A stretch of 50,689 bases of DNA from a virus (taxonomy: Duplodnaviria > Caudoviricetes): IMG/VR virus record IMGVR_UViG_3300017766_002899, positions 1-50,689 of that record. One strand, written 5' to 3'. Below the pieces are notes generated by a model. That model had not been told where the DNA came from, ran no database searches, and saw nothing but the letters and a program-made list of their open reading frames with translations. Every line of letters begins with the position of its first letter. The stretch's first letter is position 1. The translations under genes and the position numbers were made by a program. Shown here one piece after another: positions 1 through 9,367 of the stretch.

Positions 1-123
1 GGAGAATTCCGTTTTCCAGATGCACGTGGAAAACGGTTATATCTCTTTCAGCGATCGCAAAGAGGACCCCGAAGTGGCCGCCGCCGATATGGAGGGTCGC
101 GACCAAGCGTCCCCGCTGGTCCC
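1..123. repeat. Direct repeat of the window end (circular assembly overlap)
   Basis: Bases 1-123 are identical to 50567-50689, and an ORF reads across the junction. Confidence 0.95.
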
Positions 124-235
124 TGAGGACTTCGAAGGTCAGGACGGCCCCAAGCCCGCCGGCTCCGAGGGCCTGACCCCTCCCGCCGCGTCCGTGGCCG
201 CCAGCCATCCCGCGGCCAACCGTCGCCGCGCGTAA
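1..235 (+). CDS. 3' part of a head-associated hypothetical protein that starts at 50373
   Basis: The frame continues from MSKKFIYSTL (50373) across the overlap to the stop at 235. It lies between the capsid and adaptor genes. Confidence 0.85.
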   Translation, partial: ENSVFQMHVENGYISFSDRKEDPEVAAADMEGRDQASPLVPEDFEGQDGPKPAGSEGLTPPAASVAASHPAANRRRA

Positions 236-250
236 AGGGGCCTGAGCAAA

Positions 251-691
251 ATGGCGCAACACGTCCTGGACCTCGCGAATTTCCGGGTGATCTTCCCGGC
301 GTTTTCCAACGTCGTGTCCTTTCCGGACGCGGTCATTCAAGCGTTCTGGGACGTGGGCGTTACCTACCTGGGGGATTACGACGGGTGCTTGCTGGCGGGC
401 GATCCGCTGCAATCGGCGCTCAACTATATGTGCGCTCACCTTCTGCAACTCTCGGTCATGGCCCAGGCGGGGCTTACGCCGGGCATCGTGACCCAGTCCA
501 CCGTGGACAAGGTGAGCGTTTCCATAGCCGCCCCGCCGGCCAAGAACGCCTGGGCGTGGTGGTTGAACCTGACCCCCTACGGTTCCGCCCTCTGGGCGCT
601 CCTGACCGTCAAGGGTGCGGGCGGGTTCTTTATCGGCGGCTCGCTCGCCCGCTCCGGCTTCCGTGGCCCCACCGGGCGGTTTGGCGGCTAA
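251..691 (+). CDS. Head-tail adaptor (DUF4054-like)
   Basis: FRVIFPAF, CAHLL, S.TVDKVSVS and W.NLTPYG motifs, plus synteny. Confidence 0.8.
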   Translation: MAQHVLDLANFRVIFPAFSNVVSFPDAVIQAFWDVGVTYLGDYDGCLLAGDPLQSALNYMCAHLLQLSVMAQAGLTPGIVTQSTVDKVSVSIAAPPAKNAWAWWLNLTPYGSALWALLTVKGAGGFFIGGSLARSGFRGPTGRFGG

Positions 692-692
692 G

Positions 693-1169
693 ATGGCCGT
701 CCGCCGATCCGGGCAAGGCGGGGCGCGGCTTACCGCGGCCCTCAAAGAGCTTGACGGGCTCCAGGCCAAGACGGGTTGGTTTGAAACCGCCAAATACGCC
801 ACCGGCGTCAACGTCGCCCAGGTCGCCGCCGTCCACGAATTCGGGGCCACGATCACCCACGAAAACGGCGCAAAGTCGGTGATCCCGGCCCGCCCCTTCA
901 TGCGCCCGACCGTTGCCGAAAAGGGTAGCGAGTGGGTGGATATGCTGGCCGCCGGCGCCCGGTCCGTCCTGACCGGCGGAGCGACCGCGCCCCAGGTTAT
1001 GGAGGTGGTGGCGTTGCGCGCCGCGGCGGACGTCGCCAAGACCATTTCCAAAATCACGTCCCCGCCGTTGTCGCCTTTGACAATCGCGCGGAAGGGGTCA
1101 ACAAAGCCCCTAGTCGATACCGGCCAGATGATCCAAGCCGTAACCGGCATCGTGGAGAAAAAGGCGTGA
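693..1169 (+). CDS. Neck/virion morphogenesis protein
   Basis: ATG at 693 follows the upstream stop. HEFG, IPARPFMRP and KPLVDTGQM motifs. Confidence 0.8.
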   Translation: MAVRRSGQGGARLTAALKELDGLQAKTGWFETAKYATGVNVAQVAAVHEFGATITHENGAKSVIPARPFMRPTVAEKGSEWVDMLAAGARSVLTGGATAPQVMEVVALRAAADVAKTISKITSPPLSPLTIARKGSTKPLVDTGQMIQAVTGIVEKKA

Positions 1170-1540
1170 ACGTCCCCGGGTCGAATATCCTTGGCTTGGC
1201 GCTCACGGTGATTGCGCCGCAGACCCCGCAATATAAGGCGTGGACCGGGCTCACCACTTCCGCGTCCGGCCAAGAGGTCCCGACGTATGCCGCGGCGGTC
1301 AACCGGAGGGGCTCTTTCCAACCCGTGAGCAAGACCGCCCAAAGTCAAATGGGCCTGGATATGGCGAAGTCTTACGCCACGTTTTTCGGGCCGGGCGCCG
1401 TGCGGACGCTGGAGCGCGACGGGGCGCCGGACCAATTCATTTTCGGCGGTCGGAAATGGAACGCCGTGGGCCTCGTTGACTGGATGCAACAAGACGGGTG
1501 GACCGCCGCCCTTTGCGTAGACGTTGGCCCCAATGCGTGA
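1166..1540 (+). CDS. Head closure/connector protein
   Basis: GTGA overlap at 1166; GSFQPV and D.FIFGGRKW motifs; synteny. Confidence 0.7.
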   Translation: MNVPGSNILGLALTVIAPQTPQYKAWTGLTTSASGQEVPTYAAAVNRRGSFQPVSKTAQSQMGLDMAKSYATFFGPGAVRTLERDGAPDQFIFGGRKWNAVGLVDWMQQDGWTAALCVDVGPNA

Positions 1541-2069
1541 CACGGCGCTTTTTACCGCCCTTCGCACGGTGCTTCTGGCCGGGCTCGCGCTTAGCGACGC
1601 GCCGACGACGGAGGTAAAGCGCGCGTCCCAGGCTACGCAGATCGGCGCGGACACGGGGCCGACGGTGTATTTTCAGAAGATGATGGACCGGGACCTAGGG
1701 TCGCCGCAGCGAAAGCATATCTGGGATGACGAAACGTCGGACTACGTGAACGCCCAAATTCAAAAGGTCGCCACATCTTTCCAAATCATGGGAATTCACC
1801 GGCTGGCGGTAACGGACGAGGGCATGACGGCGTCCGACCTCGCGAACGAGGCGCGGGCGATCCTCCAAAGTGACGACGCAATTGCGGCGTTCCTCGCCGT
1901 GGACGTCGGCGTGGAGCGCGTCACCCAGGTCCGCAATTCGGTTTTTACCGACGGTCAGGACCAATACGAATTTAGCCCCAGTTTCGATTTTGTCTTGACC
2001 CACGATCAAGTTACATTCAGCCGAACCCCGGGGGCGGTCGCCTTCGAAGTCGACATAAAGCGCGTCTAG
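1533..2069 (+). CDS. Tail completion/terminator protein
   Basis: Immediately upstream of the sheath gene; ATG at 1533 overlaps the previous gene. Confidence 0.7.
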   Translation: MRDTALFTALRTVLLAGLALSDAPTTEVKRASQATQIGADTGPTVYFQKMMDRDLGSPQRKHIWDDETSDYVNAQIQKVATSFQIMGIHRLAVTDEGMTASDLANEARAILQSDDAIAAFLAVDVGVERVTQVRNSVFTDGQDQYEFSPSFDFVLTHDQVTFSRTPGAVAFEVDIKRV

Positions 2070-2082
2070 AGGACGGTCCAAA

Positions 2083-3570
2083 ATGAGCATTTCCATTCGG
2101 CGTTACGTTGACATTGTGTCCGGCGTCGGCGCCGCCTCCGGCGTGGCCCAACGCGACCTCATCGGGCGCATTTTCAGCGACAACCCGCGCACCCCGGCGG
2201 ACGCCGTCGTGGAGTTCGAAAGCGCCGCGGAGGTCGCGACCTACTACGGCGGCGCGTCCGCTGAATACAAGCGCGCGGCCTTCTATTTCTCGTTCATTTC
2301 CAAGTCCATTTCCTCGCCGCGCAAGCTCTCGTTCGCGCGCTGGGCGAAGGTGGCGAACGAGGCCCGTATCTACGGCGCCGCCAACCCCGCTACGCTGGCC
2401 GCGTTCCAGGACATTGTGGCCGGCGTCCTGACCCTCACGGTCGGCGGCCAGATTGCCACCGTGGTCAACCTGGACCTCTCCGCCGCCGGGACGCTGGCCG
2501 CGGTCGCCGCCGCCGTTCAAGTCGCGATCCGCGCAGAGGCCGGGACCCAGTACGCCGCCGCCCTGGTCACCTATGACGCGCCGTCGGGGACGTTCAATTT
2601 CACGTCCACGCTGGAGGACGCCGCCGCCATTTCGGTGACCGCCTCCGACCTCGCGACCGCTCTGGGCTGGGGCGCCGGCGCGGTCCTCTCGCCCGGTGTC
2701 GCCGTGTCCACGATCCCGGACGCGCTTTCGGCAAGCGTCGCCGTGTCCAACAATTTCGGCTCTTTCGCGTTCGTGGAGACGCTCACCGCGGACGAGACCG
2801 TGGAGGCCGCCGCCTGGAACGCCGCGCGCAATGTGGAATTCATGTTCTGCGCTCGCGTCACCGCCGCGGACGCCGCCGCCATTTCCGCCGATACGTTGGC
2901 GCTGGCGGGCTGCGGCCTCGTCTTCGCGCCCGACGCCGCGGAATACGACGAGGTCTTGCCCATGGCCGTCCTCGCCGCCACGGACTACGGACGCCGCGCC
3001 GCCGTCCAAAACTACATGTTCCAGATGGGTGCGTTGACCCCCAAGGTCTCCAGCAACGCCGACGCGGACACCTACGACAATCTCCGCGTGAACTACTACG
3101 GCAACACCCAGTCCGCCGGCCAACAGATCAATTTCTTTCAACGGGGCGTCCTGACCGGCCCGGATACGGCGCCGGTGGATATGAACACCTACGCCAATGA
3201 AATGTGGTTCAAGGACGCGGCGCAATCGGCGCTCATGGGCCTTTTGCTCGCGCTCCCGCGCGTCCCGGCCAACGCGGAGGGCCGCGCCATGGTCCTGTCC
3301 GCGCTGCAAGACCCTATCGACCTCGCCTTGCGAAATGGGACTATCAGCGTTGCGCGGACCCTCACCACCGCCCAGCGGCTTTTCGTGTCCCAGGTCACCG
3401 GCGACCCGGAGGCGTGGCACCAAATCGAAGCCCTGGGATACTGGGTGGACGTCGTCATGGTCCCGTTCGAAACCCTGGACGGGCGGACGGAATACAAGGC
3501 GGTCTATACCCTCGTCTACGCCAAAGACGACACCGTCCGGAAGGTGGACGGCGCTCACAACCTCGTCTAA
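2083..3570 (+). CDS. Tail sheath protein (DUF3383-like)
   Basis: 495 aa; MSISIRRYVDIVSGV start, NYMF and VNYYG.TQ motifs typical of these sheaths; GAGGA RBS. Confidence 0.88.
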   Translation: MSISIRRYVDIVSGVGAASGVAQRDLIGRIFSDNPRTPADAVVEFESAAEVATYYGGASAEYKRAAFYFSFISKSISSPRKLSFARWAKVANEARIYGAANPATLAAFQDIVAGVLTLTVGGQIATVVNLDLSAAGTLAAVAAAVQVAIRAEAGTQYAAALVTYDAPSGTFNFTSTLEDAAAISVTASDLATALGWGAGAVLSPGVAVSTIPDALSASVAVSNNFGSFAFVETLTADETVEAAAWNAARNVEFMFCARVTAADAAAISADTLALAGCGLVFAPDAAEYDEVLPMAVLAATDYGRRAAVQNYMFQMGALTPKVSSNADADTYDNLRVNYYGNTQSAGQQINFFQRGVLTGPDTAPVDMNTYANEMWFKDAAQSALMGLLLALPRVPANAEGRAMVLSALQDPIDLALRNGTISVARTLTTAQRLFVSQVTGDPEAWHQIEALGYWVDVVMVPFETLDGRTEYKAVYTLVYAKDDTVRKVDGAHNLV

Positions 3571-3601
3571 CCCCAGCCCAACCCGATAAGGACTTTCCGC
3601 T

Positions 3602-4048
3602 ATGACCAATGACATTTCGGGTTTCGGCCTTCGGGCTCGCCTGATTGCCTCCCGGACCTTTCCCGCCGGCATCACCCTCACCCAACTGGCGGACGATACG
3701 GACCCGCTGGACCTCCCGGAAATCGTCGTGGCGGAGACCGCCATGGGGGTCAACGGCGACCTTCTGAGTTGGTCCAAGGCCAACCCCGTCGTGGTGGTTC
3801 TAGCCGTGATCCCGAATTCCGAGGATGACCGCAACCTGGGTATTCTCCTGGAGGCCAACCGCGTCGCCAAGGGCAAGCAAGGCGCCCGGGACGCCATTAC
3901 CGTAACGGTGGTCTACCCGGACGGTCGGACCAAGACGGTGTCCGGCGGGACGATCACCACGGGGCGCCCGGGTCAGTCCGTGACCTCGGCGGGCCGGATG
4001 AAGTCCAAGCCCTACACCTTCGCGTTTGAAGGCTTGTCCGGCCAATAG
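3602..4048 (+). CDS. Tail tube protein
   Basis: 148 aa after the sheath; FPAGITLTQLADD and MGVNGDL motifs. Confidence 0.8.
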   Translation: MTNDISGFGLRARLIASRTFPAGITLTQLADDTDPLDLPEIVVAETAMGVNGDLLSWSKANPVVVVLAVIPNSEDDRNLGILLEANRVAKGKQGARDAITVTVVYPDGRTKTVSGGTITTGRPGQSVTSAGRMKSKPYTFAFEGLSGQ

Positions 4049-4065
4049 GGCGTCCCCTATGATCG

Positions 4066-4100
4066 AAGCGCCGCCGGGGAACCTCTCGGCGGCGTTTTGT
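4066..4100 (+). terminator. Intrinsic terminator after the tube gene
   Basis: GCGCCGCCGGG / CTCGGCGGCGT stem followed by TTTGT. Confidence 0.6.
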
Positions 4101-4120
4101 CATCCCGGGACCTATTCGCC

Positions 4121-4564
4121 ATGAACCTTCTGCAACCCAAGGCCGTCTCCATTCCGCTCCAGGCCGGCGGTGAAAAGGCGTTCATTATCTCCAAATTCCC
4201 CGCCGTCGCGGGACGGGAGATTATAGCCAAGTATCCCCTTTCCGCGGTCCCCAAGCTGGGCGACTACGCGACGTCCGAAGAAATCATGCTCAAGCTTATG
4301 GCGTTCGTCGCCGTGGAGACGTCGCCCGGCGACTTCCTCCCGCTGGCCTCGCGCGCCTTGGTGGACAATCACGTTCCGGATTATGAGGCGCTTATGCGCC
4401 TGGAGTGGAAAACGCTGGAGTATAATTGCAGTTTTTTTCAGAACGGAATGAACTCCGATTTCTTCGCGAGTATCAAAGCGAAAGCCCCAGCGTGGATTTC
4501 CCAAACGTTGACGGATTTATTGCAGCAATCGTCGCAAGCGGACAAGCAACCCTCCGGGAGTTGA
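4121..4564 (+). CDS. Tail assembly chaperone (gpG-like)
   Basis: Lies between tube and tape measure; ATG at 4121; contains a T7 slippery run at 4432-4438. Confidence 0.75.
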   Translation: MNLLQPKAVSIPLQAGGEKAFIISKFPAVAGREIIAKYPLSAVPKLGDYATSEEIMLKLMAFVAVETSPGDFLPLASRALVDNHVPDYEALMRLEWKTLEYNCSFFQNGMNSDFFASIKAKAPAWISQTLTDLLQQSSQADKQPSGS

Positions 4565-4668
4565 CGCGGGACTATACTCTAGAGGAAGCCTTTGACCTTT
4601 GGGAAATCGTTATGACCACGCGCTATAACGAGCATCTTGCGGTTGAACACGCAAACCGGCGGCGGTAG
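4432..4668 (+). CDS. Tail assembly chaperone extension (gpGT-like, -1 frame)
   Basis: The open -1 frame after T TTT TTT encodes ATLREL..YTLEEAFDLWEI and stops 3 nt before the tape measure ATG. Confidence 0.65.
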   Translation, partial: FFSERNELRFLREYQSESPSVDFPNVDGFIAAIVASGQATLRELTRDYTLEEAFDLWEIVMTTRYNEHLAVEHANRRR

Positions 4669-4671
4669 CCC

Positions 4672-6675
4672 ATGAATATCCTTGAGACCTTTTTCATTCT
4701 CTTTGAGACCGACGCCAAGCGGGCGCAAGCGGAGGTCCAAGGGGCGGTTGACGGGATGGCCGCCGCCACGGTGGGCGCGGACGCGAAGATGGCCGCCAGC
4801 GGGGCCGCCCAGACCGCGAGCCGGGTGGGTGGCGCGGCCAAGGTGGTCGGGGCTCAAGTGGCCGTCGCGGAGGCGGAGACGGGCGTGGCCGCCGCCGTCC
4901 AGGGCCGGGCCGTGGTGGAGGGCGCCCAGACCGCCGCGCGCCTGGGGCAAAGCCGCGCGGTGATCGCCGCGACGAACGCAGAGACCAACGCCACCCGGCT
5001 CGCGGAAGCGGCGGGGGAACGCCTGGGCTCCACCATCGGTTCGTTGGTCGGGAAATTCGGGCTTTTGATCGGGTCGGGTCTTAGCCTTGTCGGCGTCCTG
5101 GGGACGATCCGTAAGAGCTTCGCGGACATAAACGCGCTCACGGAGCAAGCGGACCGGCTGGGGTTCGGGGAGAACGTGGAGGGCCTCAACGCGGCCAATC
5201 AAGTCCTAGAGGACTACGGCGGCAACGCCGAAAAGGCGCAACGCAACCTCCGCCGGTTTTCGGACAGTATCGCGGAAGCCTATGGCGACGCCGAAAGCGC
5301 CGCGGGGAAGGCGCTGGCCGGGATCGGCGTAAATGCCGCCGACGCGAATGGCGACCTCAAAGATACCGAACAAGTCATGTTGGACATTGCTTCCGCCCTG
5401 GAGGGCGTGGGCAAGAAAAAGCAAATCGCCACGCTCAAGGATTTGGGCCTTAACGACCCGTCCTTGCGCGACCTCCTGACCGGCGGACGCCAGAATATCG
5501 CGGACCGGTTCGGGGCGGAGCGGTCCAAAGGGCTGATTACGAACGAGCAAGCCCGGCAAGTCCGGGAATATAAAATGGCCTGGGATGACGCGAAAGACGC
5601 GGTCTCCGGGTTCTTCAATACGCTTGCCGGCAACTGGGCGCCCGGGCTCACCAAATTTGCGAACCGCCTGGAGGCGTTCGTCCATTGGCTCCGGGAAAAT
5701 AAAACTCTCGTCCAGGGTTTCGGGATCGGCGTGACCATTGCGCTTACGACCATCGCGGGTGTTTTGTGGGGGACCTACATTCCCGCCTGGACCGCGGCGG
5801 CGGTCGCCACGATTGCGGCAACGTGGCCCATTCTCGCCCTGGTCGCGGCGGTCGGCGCGGCAATCGCCGTTTTCGCCCTGCTATGGGATGACGTCCAAGC
5901 CTTCCTCAAGGGCCAACCCTCGCTTATCGGGGACCTTGTGGAACGCTACGGCTGGGTCCGGGACGTCGTGGAGGGGATCGGGACGGCCTTCCGGGTCCTG
6001 AAAGATTGGGCCGGCGACGCCTGGGGCTTTATCTCCCGTGTCGGGACCGCCGCGTTTGACGCCGTGTGGAGCGTGGCCGGGCCGGTCCTGTCCCTGATAG
6101 GCGACGGGCTCAAGCTCGCGGGCAACCTCGCCGGGACTTCCCTCCGGCTTATTTGGGCCGTGGTCCAAGAGGTGTTCGGGGCTATCTGGCCGTATGTCCA
6201 GCCGATTTTCGCGCTGATTACCGCCGCCGTGGAGGCCATTGGCGGCATATTCGCCAACGTCGCCAAAGCGATCTGGGGCGAGTGGGGCGCCATGTTTGAC
6301 CGGTTCGCGGAGCGCGTCCGGTTCGTTACGGGTCTCGTCCGCGGGCTTATGGGCATGGCGGAGAACGCCCGCCAAGGGCTGGAGCGCGCCACGCCGGCCA
6401 TTGCCCAGCGGTCGGGAGCCGTGGCCGCGACGGTGGCCCGCGGGCAAGTCCAGCTTGGCTTGGCCCGGGCGAACCCTCTGGCCGCCGTGAGCGCCGGCGC
6501 CGTAGCGAACCGCGCGCCGGCCCAAGTCTCCCGGTCCATGGAGGTCAAGGTGGGTGAGGTCAACGTCCACACCCAGGCGACCGACGCCGACGGTATGGCG
6601 CGGGCCGCGTCGGGTGCGCTATCCTCTCAAATCCGCCGCGCAACCTCGCATTTTGACGACGGGCTGGACCGGTAA
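4672..6675 (+). CDS. Tape measure protein
   Basis: 667 aa, Ala/Gly-rich and helical, with hydrophobic segments and periodic Trp/Phe; synteny. Confidence 0.88.
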   Translation: MNILETFFILFETDAKRAQAEVQGAVDGMAAATVGADAKMAASGAAQTASRVGGAAKVVGAQVAVAEAETGVAAAVQGRAVVEGAQTAARLGQSRAVIAATNAETNATRLAEAAGERLGSTIGSLVGKFGLLIGSGLSLVGVLGTIRKSFADINALTEQADRLGFGENVEGLNAANQVLEDYGGNAEKAQRNLRRFSDSIAEAYGDAESAAGKALAGIGVNAADANGDLKDTEQVMLDIASALEGVGKKKQIATLKDLGLNDPSLRDLLTGGRQNIADRFGAERSKGLITNEQARQVREYKMAWDDAKDAVSGFFNTLAGNWAPGLTKFANRLEAFVHWLRENKTLVQGFGIGVTIALTTIAGVLWGTYIPAWTAAAVATIAATWPILALVAAVGAAIAVFALLWDDVQAFLKGQPSLIGDLVERYGWVRDVVEGIGTAFRVLKDWAGDAWGFISRVGTAAFDAVWSVAGPVLSLIGDGLKLAGNLAGTSLRLIWAVVQEVFGAIWPYVQPIFALITAAVEAIGGIFANVAKAIWGEWGAMFDRFAERVRFVTGLVRGLMGMAENARQGLERATPAIAQRSGAVAATVARGQVQLGLARANPLAAVSAGAVANRAPAQVSRSMEVKVGEVNVHTQATDADGMARAASGALSSQIRRATSHFDDGLDR

Positions 6676-6678
6676 GCT

Positions 6679-7239
6679 ATGGCGCTCGCACCCAAGAAAT
6701 ACCTGGACGTCGTGGCGATCCTCGACAGTTCAAACAACCCGGTAATGGTGGGCGCCCAGTTCATGCGCGCCACCGTGTCCGACATTTCGCGGCTCATGGA
6801 ACACCCGATAGAGACGGGCTCCGTAATCGCGGATCATATCGTTTTCGAGCCCATCGAAATCGACTTGCCGGTAATGCTGACCGGGCCCAACACCAAGGCG
6901 CTCTATTACGAGTTGCACGCGCTCTATTTGGCCGGGGCGAAACTGATAGTCCAATCCCGCGTGGACCAATACGGGTTCATGGTCCTTACGGAAATGCCCC
7001 ATGAGGAAAGCCCGGACGTGGCGGACGGGATCGTGGTGCAAGTCCGGCTCCGGGAGGCGGTCTTTGTAACGGCCACCTACGGCGGCCTCGCGCCCGTTCA
7101 AGTGAAGTCCAAGCCGCAAGCGTCCACCAAGAAAAAGGGCGCCCAACAAACCACCACCCCCGCCGCGCCCAAGGCCGCCGCCGCCCAGGCGCAATATAAG
7201 GGTTCCGTCCTCTGGCAACTCGCGCACCCGAACGGTTGA
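6679..7239 (+). CDS. Baseplate/tail tube initiator protein
   Basis: HPIETGSVIADH motif; follows the tape measure gene. Confidence 0.7.
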   Translation: MALAPKKYLDVVAILDSSNNPVMVGAQFMRATVSDISRLMEHPIETGSVIADHIVFEPIEIDLPVMLTGPNTKALYYELHALYLAGAKLIVQSRVDQYGFMVLTEMPHEESPDVADGIVVQVRLREAVFVTATYGGLAPVQVKSKPQASTKKKGAQQTTTPAAPKAAAAQAQYKGSVLWQLAHPNG

Positions 7240-7243
7240 CCCC

Positions 7244-7546
7244 ATGCAAGAAATCCCTCTGACCGCCGAACCGAACCAAGAGTTTACGGTCCGCCTTAGC
7301 GACCGGCGTTTTTCGCTGCGGATCAAAGAGGCCGGCGGCGTCATGGTCGCGGACGTCACCGTGGACGAGGCGGTACGGCTGGAGGCCACGCGGGTCTTAG
7401 CCGGGGAACCCTTGATCCCTTACGAATACCTGGAGGCGGGAAACTTTATGCTCCTGACCGACGGTGACGCGTTGCCGGCCTGGGCGGAGTTCGGCGTTAC
7501 GCAATTCCTCGTCTTCCTGTCTCCGGAAGAAATCGCCGCGCTATGA
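7244..7546 (+). CDS. Small baseplate protein
   Basis: IPL..PNQ.F start and GNF motif; synteny. Confidence 0.7.
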   Translation: MQEIPLTAEPNQEFTVRLSDRRFSLRIKEAGGVMVADVTVDEAVRLEATRVLAGEPLIPYEYLEAGNFMLLTDGDALPAWAEFGVTQFLVFLSPEEIAAL

Positions 7547-8403
7547 CGGACAAAATTGACCCCCGGATTGTCCGCGTCTCCGTAGAGATAGACGGAAAGT
7601 TTCAAGTCCTGGAGGGCTTGGACATTTACGCCCGTGGGGAAAAGACGGCCAACCCGCTCAAGAATACTTGCGAGGTCACGATTTCGAACCTCTCGCGGGA
7701 CAGCCGTAACTACCTCCTGACCGAGACTAGCCCGTTCAACCAAAACCGCCGGCCCAAGCGTTTGATAATTGAGGGCGGGCGGGAAAGCCTAGGCGTGACC
7801 CGGCTTTTCTATGGGGAGATTACGAGCGCGAGCCCGTCCCAGCCGCCCGATATCGGCTTGACGATCAAGGCCCAAACCGGGGCGCACGCTAAGGGGAAAA
7901 TCCTCGCCCGCTCCGGGACGGCCCGCCAGTCGCTTAAGTCCCTCGCCGCCCTTGTCGCGAAAGACCTTGGCGTGAGCCTCAACTTTCAGGCGACCGATAA
8001 GACAATTGCGAACTACGCGTTCTCCGGGGCGGCGCTCCGCCAAGTGGACGCGCTGGGCTCGGCGGGCGGCGTGGACGTGTTCGTGGATGACCAAACGCTT
8101 GTGGTGAAAGACCGGGCCACCCCGCTCGCCGGGCGGGTCCGGGTGCTATCCGCGGAAAGCGGAATGGTGGGCATTCCGGAGGTTACGGAGTACGGCGTCC
8201 GGGTGCGCTTCCTCCTGGACGTTACGACCGTCGTGGGCGGCGCGCTGGAGCTTCGGAGCGTGCTTAACCCCGCCGTCAACGGCTCATATTCCATCTACGG
8301 GCTGGCCTTCGAAATCGCGAGCCGGCGTGAACCCTTCTATTGGATCGCGGACGCGCGCCGCCCGGCATATGACGGGGCCGGAAAATTGGTGGTCCCCAAA
8401 TGA
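7543..8403 (+). CDS. Baseplate hub protein
   Basis: ISNLS, F.GEI and SGMVGIP motifs; ATGA overlap. Confidence 0.75.
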   Translation: MTDKIDPRIVRVSVEIDGKFQVLEGLDIYARGEKTANPLKNTCEVTISNLSRDSRNYLLTETSPFNQNRRPKRLIIEGGRESLGVTRLFYGEITSASPSQPPDIGLTIKAQTGAHAKGKILARSGTARQSLKSLAALVAKDLGVSLNFQATDKTIANYAFSGAALRQVDALGSAGGVDVFVDDQTLVVKDRATPLAGRVRVLSAESGMVGIPEVTEYGVRVRFLLDVTTVVGGALELRSVLNPAVNGSYSIYGLAFEIASRREPFYWIADARRPAYDGAGKLVVPK

Positions 8404-9023
8404 GCGAGCCTTACGCCCCGCCGTCGATAGACCCCGCGGACGAGGACAGCCTAGTAGGGGCCTTTCGTTCGATCCTGGGCAAGACGCTGCAAAGCCTGGA
8501 CGATTGCCTCCCCTGCGTCGTGGTGGCCGTGGAGGGCCGTAGTCGGGTCACCGTCCGCCCCCAAATTATGATGGGCGCGACCGACGGGGCGAAGGTGAGC
8601 CGCGCGCAAATCCCTTCCGTCCCGGTCCTCAACATCGGCGCCGGCGGCTTCCTCCTGTCCTTTCCGATCCTCCCCGGGGACCTGGGTTGGCTCAAGGCGA
8701 CGGACCGGGACATTTCGCTTTTTCTCCAGGACTTGAGCGAGGAATGGCCGAACACCCGGCGGACCCACTCGTTCCAGGACGGGTTTTTTATCCCCGACGC
8801 CATGCGCCAATGGACGCTGGCCGGCGAAGACGCGGGGCGCGTCGTTTTGCAATCGGTGGACGGCTCTACGCGGGTCGCGCTGGGCGCTGGCGTGGTCAAG
8901 ATCACCGCCACCGCCGTCGAAATCGTGAGCGACACGCTTACGCATAACGGGGTAAACGTGGGGTCCGATCACGTCCACGGGGACGTCCAGCCGGGCGCGG
9001 GGAACACGGGGCCGCCGGAATGA
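8400..9023 (+). CDS. Baseplate central spike (gp138-like)
   Basis: OB-like N-terminus, R.HS..DG motif and C-terminal HVH metal-binding apex motif. Confidence 0.82.
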   Translation: MSEPYAPPSIDPADEDSLVGAFRSILGKTLQSLDDCLPCVVVAVEGRSRVTVRPQIMMGATDGAKVSRAQIPSVPVLNIGAGGFLLSFPILPGDLGWLKATDRDISLFLQDLSEEWPNTRRTHSFQDGFFIPDAMRQWTLAGEDAGRVVLQSVDGSTRVALGAGVVKITATAVEIVSDTLTHNGVNVGSDHVHGDVQPGAGNTGPPE

Positions 9024-9367
9024 CCAAGAGCTTTGCGCTAGACGCCAACCACGACTTGTATTTGGACGGCGGCGACCTCTTGGCGACGGTCACCGCTCTG
9101 GGCGCGGTCCTCCAGAATTGCGACACCGCGGCCAAGACGCTCCTGGGCGAAATGGTGCTGGCGGCAAATCAGGGCGTCCCGTACTTTCAATCGGTGTGGG
9201 TGGGTCAACCCAATATCGCGGTGTTCGAAACGTCCATGAGGCAACGCTTAGGCGCGGTGGAGGGCGTTACGGCCATCGTGGAGTTGACCACGCGGCAAGA
9301 GGGCAACGTCCTCAAGTACGTCGCCACCATTGCGACGGTTTACGGCGAGGCGGTTCTAGATGGCTGA
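9020..9367 (+). CDS. Baseplate wedge/sheath initiator protein
   Basis: GE......GVPYF motif and T.YG end; synteny. Confidence 0.7.
   Translation: MTKSFALDANHDLYLDGGDLLATVTALGAVLQNCDTAAKTLLGEMVLAANQGVPYFQSVWVGQPNIAVFETSMRQRLGAVEGVTAIVELTTRQEGNVLKYVATIATVYGEAVLDG

Noticed and set aside
2017-3897. 626-aa minus-strand ORF, and similar long antisense ORFs (19422-20873, 21110-22285, 49332-50672)
   Set aside because: These are shadows of GC3-rich genes on the opposite strand, with Arg/Gly-rich motif-free translations.
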